A stretch of DNA of 60,249 nt from Bacteroidales bacterium (GTDB lineage: Bacteria; Bacteroidota; Bacteroidia; Bacteroidales; JAADGE01), in NCBI GenBank assembly GCA_029934515.1, contig JAOZMB010000004.1, positions 1-60,249 on the forward strand, in the 5' to 3' direction. The notes beneath the pieces were generated by a model. It made no database searches. It was not told the DNA's origin and saw only the letters and a program-made list of their open reading frames with translations. Positions 22,812 through 32,242 of the stretch are shown here, in pieces. Position numbers and translations under genes: made by a program. Each line of letters starts with the position of its first letter. Within the stretch, counting starts at the first letter, position 1.

Positions 22812-24656
22812 TTGAATAAAAAAGAATTACATATAACTAATTGGTTACCAACAACCTTAAAAGAAGTGAAACAGAAAAAACATGATTATCTTGATGTGAT
22901 TCTTTTCACTGGCGATGCTTATGTAGATCATCCTTCTTTCGGAGCCGCTATTATTGGAAGAGTCCTTGAAAATGAAGGATTAAATGTTGCAATTATTCCT
23001 CAACCAAATTGGCAAGATGATTTACGTGATTTTAAAAAATTAGGTCGTCCAAGATTATTTTTTGCTGTAACATCAGGAAATATGGATTCTATGGTAAATC
23101 ATTATACGGCGAACAAACGCAAACGCTCAAATGATGCTTACACACCAGAAGGACGTGCTGGCTTTCGTCCTGATTATGCTACTATTGTTTATTCAAAAAT
23201 TCTAAAAAATATCTTTCCTGATGTTCCTGTTATTCTTGGCGGTATTGAGGCATCGCTACGTAGATTGGCACATTACGATTATTGGTCAAACAGCCTGAAA
23301 CCAAGCATACTTATAGATAGCAAAGCTGATATGCTTGTTTACGGAAATGGTGAAAAAGCTATTATTGAAATTGTAAATCTAATGAAAAAAGGAATAAAAA
23401 TTTCTAATATTAAAAATATAAATCAAACAGCTTTTCTAAGTTCAAAAAATAAAAAAACAGCGGACAAAAAAATGGAAAGTTGTCCGCTGAACAGTTATGA
23501 AGATTGTTTAGAAAATAAGAAAAAGTTAGCCATAAACTTTAAACTCACCGAAATAGAATCAAACAAAATTCACGCCAAACAATTGACTCAAAGATTTAAA
23601 AATAAAATAATTGTTGTAAATCCACCTTTTCCAAAGACAAGTGAAACCGAAATTGACAGTTTTTACAACTTGCCTTTTACATATTTACCACACCCCAAAT
23701 ATAAAAAAAGAGGAAAAATTCCAGCTTATGAAATGATAAAATTTTCTATAAATATTCATAGAGGTTGTTTTGGTGGTTGCAGTTTTTGTACTATTTCTGC
23801 TCATCAAGGAAAATTTATTGTAAGTAGGTCGGAGCGTTCTATTCTGAAAGAAGTTGATAAAATTAGTAATATGCCAGATTTTAAAGGTTATATTTCTGAT
23901 ATTGGAGGTCCATCGGCTAATATGTACAAAATGCAAGGAAATAATATTGAAATATGCAAAAAATGTATTCGTCCATCATGTATAAATCCGAATATATGTA
24001 AAAATCTTAATACAAATCACAAGCAATTAATAGATATTTATAAAAAAATAAGAAATAGACCATTAGTTAAAAAAGCAACAATCGGTAGCGGAATACGTCA
24101 TGATATGCTTTTCGATGCAAACGGAAATGTTACAAGAGATAAATATCAATATACAGAAGAGTTAATGAAATATCATATTTCAGGACGACTAAAAACAGCA
24201 CCAGAACATACCTCCGAAAAAGTTCTTAAAATTATGAGAAAACCTTCATTTAGAATATTTAACAAGTTCAAAAATCTGTTTGATAAAATAAATAGAAAAA
24301 ATAAACTAAATCTACAACTTATTCCATATTTTATATCGAGCCACCCAGATTGTACGGAAACAGATATGGCAGAACTTGCCGTAAAAACTAAGGAGTTAAA
24401 CTTCCGACTCGAACAAATACAAGACCTAACACCAACTCCAATGACACTTGCCGCTGTAATTTATTATTCTGGTTTTCATCCTTATACTATGAAAAAAATT
24501 TATACAGCACGTAATGCACAAGCAAAACTTGACCAAAGAATGTTTTTCTTTTGGTACAAAAAAGAATATAAAAATAAAATTAAACAAAAACTTATTAAAA
24601 TAAATCGTAAAGATTTAATTAATAAATTGTTTGATTATCGAAATTATAAAAAATGA
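22812..24656 (+). CDS. ygiQ: YgiQ family radical SAM protein
   Basis: GDAYVDHPSFG, RGCFGGCSFC (CxxxCxxC), GGPSANMY; TTG start. Confidence 0.93.
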   Translation: MNKKELHITNWLPTTLKEVKQKKHDYLDVILFTGDAYVDHPSFGAAIIGRVLENEGLNVAIIPQPNWQDDLRDFKKLGRPRLFFAVTSGNMDSMVNHYTANKRKRSNDAYTPEGRAGFRPDYATIVYSKILKNIFPDVPVILGGIEASLRRLAHYDYWSNSLKPSILIDSKADMLVYGNGEKAIIEIVNLMKKGIKISNIKNINQTAFLSSKNKKTADKKMESCPLNSYEDCLENKKKLAINFKLTEIESNKIHAKQLTQRFKNKIIVVNPPFPKTSETEIDSFYNLPFTYLPHPKYKKRGKIPAYEMIKFSINIHRGCFGGCSFCTISAHQGKFIVSRSERSILKEVDKISNMPDFKGYISDIGGPSANMYKMQGNNIEICKKCIRPSCINPNICKNLNTNHKQLIDIYKKIRNRPLVKKATIGSGIRHDMLFDANGNVTRDKYQYTEELMKYHISGRLKTAPEHTSEKVLKIMRKPSFRIFNKFKNLFDKINRKNKLNLQLIPYFISSHPDCTETDMAELAVKTKELNFRLEQIQDLTPTPMTLAAVIYYSGFHPYTMKKIYTARNAQAKLDQRMFFFWYKKEYKNKIKQKLIKINRKDLINKLFDYRNYKK

Positions 24657-24688
24657 AACTTTGTAAAATTTAATAAATATTTTTAATT

Positions 24689-26800
24689 ATGAAAAGAAAA
24701 ATTATCAACAAGTGTGCTGTGAGTTTAATATTTAACAGATGGCGAAATACTTCGTGGGCTGTTTTTTATTCTATGGGAAAGATAATCAAAATTTCGTTAT
24801 TGTCTATATCATATTTTTTGATGTCGATTTTTTCGGTGTCGGCACAGTCAGATACAATAGATATTAATGAAATTTCAATAGAATCGACGAGGACTCCTTT
24901 ACTATTTAATGAGTCGGCAAGAGTAATTTTTATAATATCTAAGGAAGAGATTAAATCAATGCCAGTGCAAAGTGTTCAAGATTTGCTCGAAAATATAAGC
25001 AGTATTGACGTAAGACAAAGAGGTGCAGAAGGAGTACAAGCAGACATAGGAATAAGAGGAGGAACTTTCGAACAAACACTAATTTTGATTAATGGATTTA
25101 AAATTAATGACGTACAAACAGGACATCATAATATGAACTTGCCTATTGATATTGAAAATATTGATAAAATAGAAATTCTTGAAGGCCCTGGCGGAAGGGT
25201 TTTTGGAACAAATGCTTACAGCGGTGCAATAAATATTATAACAAATACAAAAAAAGAAGATAAAATAAAATTTTCTATTTTTGGCGGAGAGCATGATTAT
25301 TATGGTTTGAATGCTGGTTTGTCATATAATTACAAAAAATTGAATAATAATTTATCGCTTACATACAAAAAAAGTAACGGTTATTTAGAAGACGACAGTA
25401 TTAATAACACAGATTTTGATATTATAAATATTTTTTATCAAAGCAGATTAGATACTAAAATTGCAAATTTCTTTTACCAAGCAGGATATACAAACAAATC
25501 ATTTGGGGCAAATAGTTTCTACACGCCTGCATATCCGTGGCAATACGAACAAACAAAAACATTTTTTTCTTCGTTCAAAATAATAAGAAAGCAAGAGAAT
25601 TATAAGCTCGTGGCAAACATTTATATGCGAAGACAGCATGACAGATTTGAGCTTTTTAGAGAAGATAAATTTCATAGAAGTGGTAGTTATTTTGTTAGTG
25701 AAATTAATGATACGGCGAAATTTGTTCCCGGAATTTTTGAGGATTGGAATTATTACAAAGGACATAATTATCATCAGAGTAATGTAATTACTGGTGAAAT
25801 AAAATATGATTTGAGAACAAATGCTGGCAAGACAGCCGTTGGAGTAGAATATAGTAATGCTCATATTCTGAGTAATGTTTTGGGAGAAGAATTAGATAAT
25901 CCAGAAGATGTACCAAACGAAAGTTATGGCAAATTTACAAAATCAAAAAATAGATATAACATAAATTTATATGGTGAACATGTTTTTAGTTTTAATAAAT
26001 TTTTGGCTTCAGCTGGAATATCCGCAAATTATAATGAAGATTATTCTTGGAATTTCTCCAGCGGTGTTGATTTTAGTTATAAACTAACAAATAATATAAA
26101 AAGTTTTGCTTCAATAAATCAGGCTGTTCGGCTTCCATCATTTACAGATTTATATTATGCTGGACCTTCTGATATAGGTAATCCAGATTTGAAACCAGAA
26201 AAAGCAATAAGTTATGAAACAGGTGTAAAATTTATTAACAAAAATATAACTGGACAAGTTTCAATTTTTCAGCGAAATGGTAAAAATACTATAGACCGTG
26301 TTAAATTAAATGAAGACGATAAATGGCAATCGCAAAATATTACAGAACTAACAGTTTTGGGAGGCGAAATAAGTATAAAATATAATTTTGAACGTAATAT
26401 GTTTGTAAAAAATATTAGAATAGCGTATGCCTACACGGATATCACAAAACAAAGCAATGAATATATTTCTAATTATATGCTTGATTATCTGAAACATAAG
26501 GTTGTATCTTCTTTAAATCATCGTATCTTTGGTCGGTTCAGTGCGTCTTGGCAATATAGATACGAAAAACGAGAAGGTTCTTATTATGCTTACGATTTAA
26601 ATACACGAACATTCGATACAAATAAAAAAAAATATAAAAATATTTTTATTACAGATTTAAAAATATTTTGGCAGAATAATCGTTTTAATATTTTTACGGA
26701 AGCTTCTAACTTGTTTAATATCAATTACAAAGAGCTTGGGAATATTAAAATGTCAGGCAGGTGGATAAAAGCTGGAATTAAAATTAATTTAAATTTTTGA
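24689..26800 (+). CDS. TonB-dependent receptor (BtuB-like)
   Basis: Plug (DVRQRG..GVQAD.GIRGGTF), GNPDLKPE, C-terminal F. Confidence 0.9.
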   Translation: MKRKIINKCAVSLIFNRWRNTSWAVFYSMGKIIKISLLSISYFLMSIFSVSAQSDTIDINEISIESTRTPLLFNESARVIFIISKEEIKSMPVQSVQDLLENISSIDVRQRGAEGVQADIGIRGGTFEQTLILINGFKINDVQTGHHNMNLPIDIENIDKIEILEGPGGRVFGTNAYSGAINIITNTKKEDKIKFSIFGGEHDYYGLNAGLSYNYKKLNNNLSLTYKKSNGYLEDDSINNTDFDIINIFYQSRLDTKIANFFYQAGYTNKSFGANSFYTPAYPWQYEQTKTFFSSFKIIRKQENYKLVANIYMRRQHDRFELFREDKFHRSGSYFVSEINDTAKFVPGIFEDWNYYKGHNYHQSNVITGEIKYDLRTNAGKTAVGVEYSNAHILSNVLGEELDNPEDVPNESYGKFTKSKNRYNINLYGEHVFSFNKFLASAGISANYNEDYSWNFSSGVDFSYKLTNNIKSFASINQAVRLPSFTDLYYAGPSDIGNPDLKPEKAISYETGVKFINKNITGQVSIFQRNGKNTIDRVKLNEDDKWQSQNITELTVLGGEISIKYNFERNMFVKNIRIAYAYTDITKQSNEYISNYMLDYLKHKVVSSLNHRIFGRFSASWQYRYEKREGSYYAYDLNTRTFDTNKKKYKNIFITDLKIFWQNNRFNIFTEASNLFNINYKELGNIKMSGRWIKAGIKINLNF

Positions 26801-26841
26801 AAAATAAATTAAAAAAAATTTTTTAGATTAAAAAAAGTAAT

Positions 26842-26849
26842 TAACTTTG
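26842..26849 (+). promoter_or_regulatory. Bacteroidota -7 promoter element for the cold-shock gene
   Basis: TAACTTTG, starting 38 bp upstream of the ATG. Confidence 0.5.
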
Positions 26850-26879
26850 TGTTTTTAAAATATATTATAATTTTTAGTA

Positions 26880-27074
26880 ATGAAAAAAGGCACAGTAAAA
26901 TTTTTTAATGATTCAAAGGGATTTGGATTCATTCGTGAAGAAGGCTCAACAGAGGAATATTTTGTACATGTTTCTGGATTAATAGATGAAATTAGAGAAG
27001 ACGATGTTGTAGAATTTGAATTAAAACAAGGCAGAAAAGGTTTAAATGCAGTTGATGTAAAAATTGTTTCATAA
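26880..27074 (+). CDS. Cold-shock protein
   Basis: GTVKFFN..KGFGFI (RNP1), FVHVS (RNP2). Confidence 0.97.
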   Translation: MKKGTVKFFNDSKGFGFIREEGSTEEYFVHVSGLIDEIREDDVVEFELKQGRKGLNAVDVKIVS

Positions 27075-27112
27075 AATAATTGTTTTTTAATTCTTTTTAA
27101 TTTTTGATGAAG

Positions 27113-27138
27113 AAACCTGTCGAAAGACAGGTTTTTTT
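27113..27138 (+). terminator. Intrinsic terminator
   Basis: AAACCTGTC-GAAA-GACAGGTTTTTTT, GNRA-loop hairpin plus T run. Confidence 0.85.
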
Positions 27139-27160
27139 ATTTATATACATATTGTAAATA

Positions 27161-28438
27161 TTACAATTTTTTTAATGAATTTATAATTTTTGTGCCAATA
27201 AGTTCATCGTACTGCGAACCAGATTTTCTATAATAAACATAAATTACATAATTATTTTCAGTCTCCGAATGACTGCCCTCAACAATAGTATTATCAATAT
27301 CTGCATTTTCGTTCTCTGCAAATACATATTCATAATTATAAAAACCCTGTTTTAGAAGCATTCTAAGTTCGTAACATTTAGAACCATAATTATAATTCAT
27401 TTTATTTTTTTTTGATATTTGCCAATCAGATATAGCACCGAAAACATAAAAATTTCCCTCCTCCAAAGGCGTAACATATCTAAGCGAAAAATCAACATAA
27501 ACATAATCGCATTCCAATCCGTAATCATCAACATTGTCGGCAGTTATAAAAAAATCTCCGTTAAGGTCATGAACAAAAGAATATGGAAACCGAGATTCGT
27601 CCTTGTCCTCCAATAACTTAAAGAAATAATATGGCTCTTGGTAACTTATCGCTACAATCTTGTCTGTCAGATACTTATGGTTCTTTACATTAAAATATCT
27701 ATATTCGTTTCCTCCTGTGAAATTCAATTTTCGAGGATTATAAAATTCTAAAACATTTCCTTTTATGAAATCTGGTTTTATGTTTTCGAGCATATTATCA
27801 CATCTGTTATTCTGAACTATTGTTACATACAAATTATCAAAAGGATTATCTATAATCGATTGTTTATCAATTATATTAAAACTTATCTCCTGCGATTGTT
27901 TTAATGTTGTAACTATTGTTGAGCGTTTTATTTTACCTTCTATTTCCACTTTTTCGTTTACAACTTTAAATCTGCGCGAAAGGACTTTGTTTTCAATATC
28001 ATAATCATTATATACAATAAGTATGTAATTTCCAGACAGACTTGGCGACATATTTTCATTAGGAAAAATTAATCTGTAATGATTATATTTAACAAGAGTA
28101 CTAAACGACATTTCATAATCATGTAGTTCGTCTTCTGCAAATCCAGAGATATATTCTAACTGATTAAGTTCTGATGCTGTCCAGTCTGCATTGCAATGTA
28201 TTATTGTATAAGAATAATCTTTTGTATCTTTGTATAAGTCATCAAATTCAAGAACAAGTTTTTCATTACCTAACAGATTTATAATTGGATAATTTGACTT
28301 ACTGTTTTGCAAATTAAATGTAACTGTTCTAATATTGTCATCATAAATTTTGTTTATATATAATTCGCTATTCTGTGCAGACACAAAAAAAATAAAATTA
28401 AAAAAAATAAAGATGAAGTTTATAATAAAAAGTCTCAT
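27161..28438 (-). CDS. DUF5103 / type IX secretion system plug-type protein
   Basis: FDDL...Y.YTIIHCNADW..S.L, SGNY, GGNEYR.F, LKQG.YNY.Y, EGS..ETEN.Y motifs. Confidence 0.85.
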   Translation of the reverse strand: MRLFIINFIFIFFNFIFFVSAQNSELYINKIYDDNIRTVTFNLQNSKSNYPIINLLGNEKLVLEFDDLYKDTKDYSYTIIHCNADWTASELNQLEYISGFAEDELHDYEMSFSTLVKYNHYRLIFPNENMSPSLSGNYILIVYNDYDIENKVLSRRFKVVNEKVEIEGKIKRSTIVTTLKQSQEISFNIIDKQSIIDNPFDNLYVTIVQNNRCDNMLENIKPDFIKGNVLEFYNPRKLNFTGGNEYRYFNVKNHKYLTDKIVAISYQEPYYFFKLLEDKDESRFPYSFVHDLNGDFFITADNVDDYGLECDYVYVDFSLRYVTPLEEGNFYVFGAISDWQISKKNKMNYNYGSKCYELRMLLKQGFYNYEYVFAENENADIDNTIVEGSHSETENNYVIYVYYRKSGSQYDELIGTKIINSLKKL

Positions 28439-28647
28439 ATATATGTTTTTGTGAAAAAAAATTGTTTAATATTTAATTAAGCAAGCAATTTTAAGAGTTT
28501 TACAAATATTGAAAAAAAGTGTAACTACACAGGACTATACTATTTATTCGTATAAATATAAGGCAGGCGCAAAAAGATTATTTTCATAAATATATTTTTC
28601 AAACCTTGTCTGCATATTTTAATTTTTATTTATTACAACCTTATTTT

Positions 28648-29466
28648 TCATTCTACAAGCAAACCAACTTTTAATTTAATTTTTTCTTCTAATTTGTTTA
28701 AAAACTTATCTATGCTTGGTGTTTGTTGATGTGTAAAAGCTGTTATTAAATTTGCTACTGTTGTTGATTGTTTCCGCTTTAATATTAATTTGTCAATATC
28801 TTTATTTTTGTCTAAATCGTAAATATGATAATGTGTATTTAGTTTGTTATCTAATTGTAAATCTTTGAGCTTAAAACGGTTTACCATATTAGCAAAAACA
28901 AATTCTTGCATAACCCAATAAATATTTTTGTCCCATGCTTCCATTACTTGTCCTTTCACTAACATCTGCATATAAGATAATTTTATTGTATTGTAAGTAT
29001 TCATGCCAAAAGCATAAGATTTTTTTATTACATTGGCTCCGTTTATAAAATCTTTTAAAGCATGTACTAATTTACCTGTCCCTGTGGTTGAATCGGATTG
29101 AAATTCTACGACACAAAAATCTTCAATTTCATTGCTAATTGGTTTATGCTTGATTAATACAAAATCAAAAGTTCCTACTCCTGTTAATCTTACTTCTGAA
29201 AATAATAAAATATTATCTATTGTTCCAAATGCACTTTTACAGATATTTTTAAAAACAATATTATCTTCTAAAAATCTGTGAGGACAAATTATTGGTTTGC
29301 TATCTCCATAATTAACAGAACAAACTCCCATGGGGTAATTTATTAATCTGCTTTTTTTATCACATATTTTTTCTATAAATCTACAATAATGTCTTTTTCT
29401 TGCCTTTTTTACTGTTTTATTTCGATTATTTACAGAGTAAGCAAAAATTTCATTAGGATTTTTCAT
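28648..29466 (-). CDS. NotI-family type II restriction endonuclease
   Basis: Four-Cys motif (C.F...C.K, GVCSV, ICP.RF) and E...FD.VL...VEFQ catalytic pattern; directly downstream of an MTase. Confidence 0.85.
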   Translation of the reverse strand: MKNPNEIFAYSVNNRNKTVKKARKRHYCRFIEKICDKKSRLINYPMGVCSVNYGDSKPIICPHRFLEDNIVFKNICKSAFGTIDNILLFSEVRLTGVGTFDFVLIKHKPISNEIEDFCVVEFQSDSTTGTGKLVHALKDFINGANVIKKSYAFGMNTYNTIKLSYMQMLVKGQVMEAWDKNIYWVMQEFVFANMVNRFKLKDLQLDNKLNTHYHIYDLDKNKDIDKLILKRKQSTTVANLITAFTHQQTPSIDKFLNKLEEKIKLKVGLLVE

Positions 29467-29468
29467 TT

Positions 29469-31067
29469 TTATTTTTTTAAAATTACAATTTCCTCTGGTA
29501 ATGCTATATTATGTCCTGTGCTTCTTCTCATTCTAAATAATTCTTTTGAAGCTTTAGAATAGCCTAATTTTAAAGCTATTTCAATCAAAATATCACAGAC
29601 TGGAATATAAACTCCTTTTATTGTTTGGTCTCCAACTACAAGCAAATAATGAGCATTTTTTTTCATTAATGGTAAAAATTCATTTAAACATAAATACATA
29701 TCTCCAAAAAATTCTTTTACCATTCTTGGATAATCAAAGCCCCAGTTTTTATCTTTTGTTTGTTTGTATATTTCATTTGATACTTTTTGAACACTCTGAA
29801 AAACAGATACATATCTTGCAGAATTACTTTCTTTATAAATTAATTTTGTGCTACCTTTTACCATTGTTTTTTTTATTTTTTGAACGTCGTCCATATTATT
29901 TACGAAATCCAACATATACATCTCCAAGCGTGTTTGTCGTGTATATTCCAAATCATTTGGGTATGGTGGCGAAGTTATTAAGAAATCAATAGAATTAAAT
30001 TTTATATATTTTTGGGCGTTTAAACAAGTATCATTTATTAATGTCGCTTCAACATAGGTATTTTTTTTACTCTGTACTTTTTCTAAATCATTATAAATAT
30101 CTATTACTTTATTCGTAAATAAATTCCAAAATTCTTCTTTCTCTCTAAATGGATAAAAAGTTGTTCCTGGACAAAACGATACGTAAGAAGCATCAAGAGC
30201 AGAACGAGACATTGCGAGCAAAAGTAAATCTTGTATTTTTTGATTTTCAATTTTTTTTATATAACTCTTTAATAAAATAACTTCTTTTTGAAGGGCAAAA
30301 CTTAACCATTGATTAAGTTCTTTTTTGGGCATACGTTCTAAAAAATCTTTATCAATATCAAGTTTATCAAAATTATGAATATTATTTAAAAAGTTTTCAG
30401 AAACATTTATTATCTCTTTTTTTAATAGTTTTAAATCTACATTCCAAGTTGTTTTTACTTTTGAAATAAAAGTCATTAAAGGATTTGCATCAAATCCTAT
30501 TGATTTGATATTAAACATTTTTGCTGTTATATTAGTTGTTCCACTCCCTGAAAAAGGTTCTACAATTAAAGAATTTTTTGTTATTTTATATTCATTTATT
30601 TTTTCTTCAATTAATTGGTAGGGGAAATCTTCAAGATAATCATACCATTTATGACAAATTCCTTCTTTGTTATAATCACTTATTGTTTTAATTCTACTAA
30701 ATAAAGTTCTATTTTTTCCATTTAATTTATTTACATAAGAAAATTTTAAGATATTTTTTGAATAATTTTTGTGTTTATAATCATTTTTTTTTACAACTTG
30801 CTTATAGAATTCTATTCTATAAGTAGGAACGGAAAAACCTTTTTTTAAATTGCCAACAATAAATCTTTTTATTATTAGCGCATTTATCGCGTCATTTAAA
30901 ATTTTACTTTCTTTTTTATAGTTTGTTAGTTTAACAATATCTTTTAAATAAGATTTCTTATTATTATGAATATCTAAAAATAATTTTTGCAATACCTGAG
31001 ATTGTAAAAAAGGTAATCTGTTTGGACTTATTAGTTCTTGGGTTTTTATTCTATCTCTCATTTGCAT
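29469..31067 (-). CDS. DNA amino-methyltransferase (probably N4-cytosine) with an N-terminal extension
   Basis: SAM-binding EPFSGSGTT precedes catalytic TSPPY; LLVVGD. Confidence 0.9.
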   Translation of the reverse strand: MQMRDRIKTQELISPNRLPFLQSQVLQKLFLDIHNNKKSYLKDIVKLTNYKKESKILNDAINALIIKRFIVGNLKKGFSVPTYRIEFYKQVVKKNDYKHKNYSKNILKFSYVNKLNGKNRTLFSRIKTISDYNKEGICHKWYDYLEDFPYQLIEEKINEYKITKNSLIVEPFSGSGTTNITAKMFNIKSIGFDANPLMTFISKVKTTWNVDLKLLKKEIINVSENFLNNIHNFDKLDIDKDFLERMPKKELNQWLSFALQKEVILLKSYIKKIENQKIQDLLLLAMSRSALDASYVSFCPGTTFYPFREKEEFWNLFTNKVIDIYNDLEKVQSKKNTYVEATLINDTCLNAQKYIKFNSIDFLITSPPYPNDLEYTRQTRLEMYMLDFVNNMDDVQKIKKTMVKGSTKLIYKESNSARYVSVFQSVQKVSNEIYKQTKDKNWGFDYPRMVKEFFGDMYLCLNEFLPLMKKNAHYLLVVGDQTIKGVYIPVCDILIEIALKLGYSKASKELFRMRRSTGHNIALPEEIVILKK

Positions 31068-31204
31068 TTTATTAAATTTTTATTATTTTTTATATAAAGA
31101 AATTTGTATTCTTGTAAATATAATTTTGTGCAAATGTAATTAAATTTTTTTTCAAAAGAAATATTTTTATAATTATCTATTTTATCAATAAAAAAACAAA
31201 TCTA

Positions 31205-32140
31205 ATGATAGAATATAATATTGTTGATATACTTATAAGCTGTGTACTTTCATTAATAATGTTTAGTATTGGCTTATCACTATCTATTAAAAATTTTAAA
31301 AAAATATTGATTTTTCCAAAATCAGTAATATCTGGACTAACAGCTCAAATGATTGCTTTACCAATCATTGCATTTATATTTTGTGTGTGTTCAGACCTGA
31401 AACCAGAATTTAAAGTAGGTTTGATAATTCTTTCTGTTTGTCCAGGTGGAACGACTTCAAATTTTATTACTTATTTATTAAATGGTAATACAGAATTATC
31501 TGTTTCTATGACAACCATTAATAGTTTCTTGACTCTTTTTTCAATACCTTTTTTTGTCAATATTTCATTAATATTCTTCATAGGCGAAGGAACAGATTTT
31601 AATCTGCCTTATCTGGAAACTTTTTTACAAATATTCTTTATTACAATTATTCCTACAACAATCGGAATTATCATAAATATCAAATTACCAAAATTAGCAA
31701 ATAAATTAAACTCACAAATTAATATAAAGCTATTTATATTTAAAAAAATGAAATTTAATTTTATTAAATTATTTACTATTATTTTACTTGGTATTGTGTT
31801 TACAATTAAACTCTTTGCAAGTGAAAGTTCTGGTGGTGCTGGTTTGACTAAAAATAATTTTATTCAATTATTACCAATCGGATTATTGTTCAATATTACT
31901 GGTCTATTTTTTGGATATTTTTTATCTTTGTTACTAAAATTAAAAGACCAAACACCAATGACAATAGGAATCGAAGTCGGTTTGCAAAATACAACACTTG
32001 CATTTTTGATTGCAGGAACATTATTAAAAAACACAGAAATGCAAAAGCCAGCATTGGTTTATGCTTTTTTTTCTTTTTTGGTTGCAATTTTATTTGGATT
32101 ATTTACAAAATATTTAAAATCAAAAAAATATGTATTGTAA
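31205..32140 (+). CDS. Bile acid:sodium symporter family transporter
   Basis: MFSIGLSL, CPGGTTSN, IEVGLQN motifs. Confidence 0.92.
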   Translation: MIEYNIVDILISCVLSLIMFSIGLSLSIKNFKKILIFPKSVISGLTAQMIALPIIAFIFCVCSDLKPEFKVGLIILSVCPGGTTSNFITYLLNGNTELSVSMTTINSFLTLFSIPFFVNISLIFFIGEGTDFNLPYLETFLQIFFITIIPTTIGIIINIKLPKLANKLNSQINIKLFIFKKMKFNFIKLFTIILLGIVFTIKLFASESSGGAGLTKNNFIQLLPIGLLFNITGLFFGYFLSLLLKLKDQTPMTIGIEVGLQNTTLAFLIAGTLLKNTEMQKPALVYAFFSFLVAILFGLFTKYLKSKKYVL

Positions 32141-32242
32141 ATACTTTGACAAAGTCAATTTTAATTACTTATTTTGTGAAATTTTTATTTCCAATTTTAT
32201 TAAAAAATTTAGGTTTTTAATCTTTAATTAGTATAAATATTT

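Noticed and set aside
24657-24688. Cobalamin riboswitch ahead of the BtuB-like receptor
   Set aside because: Only a 32-bp spacer and no B12-box, so the substrate is left unassigned.
28560-28578. TAAGGCAGGCGCAAAAAG as another ISAs1-like end next to the R-M genes
   Set aside because: Weak match and no partner end found.
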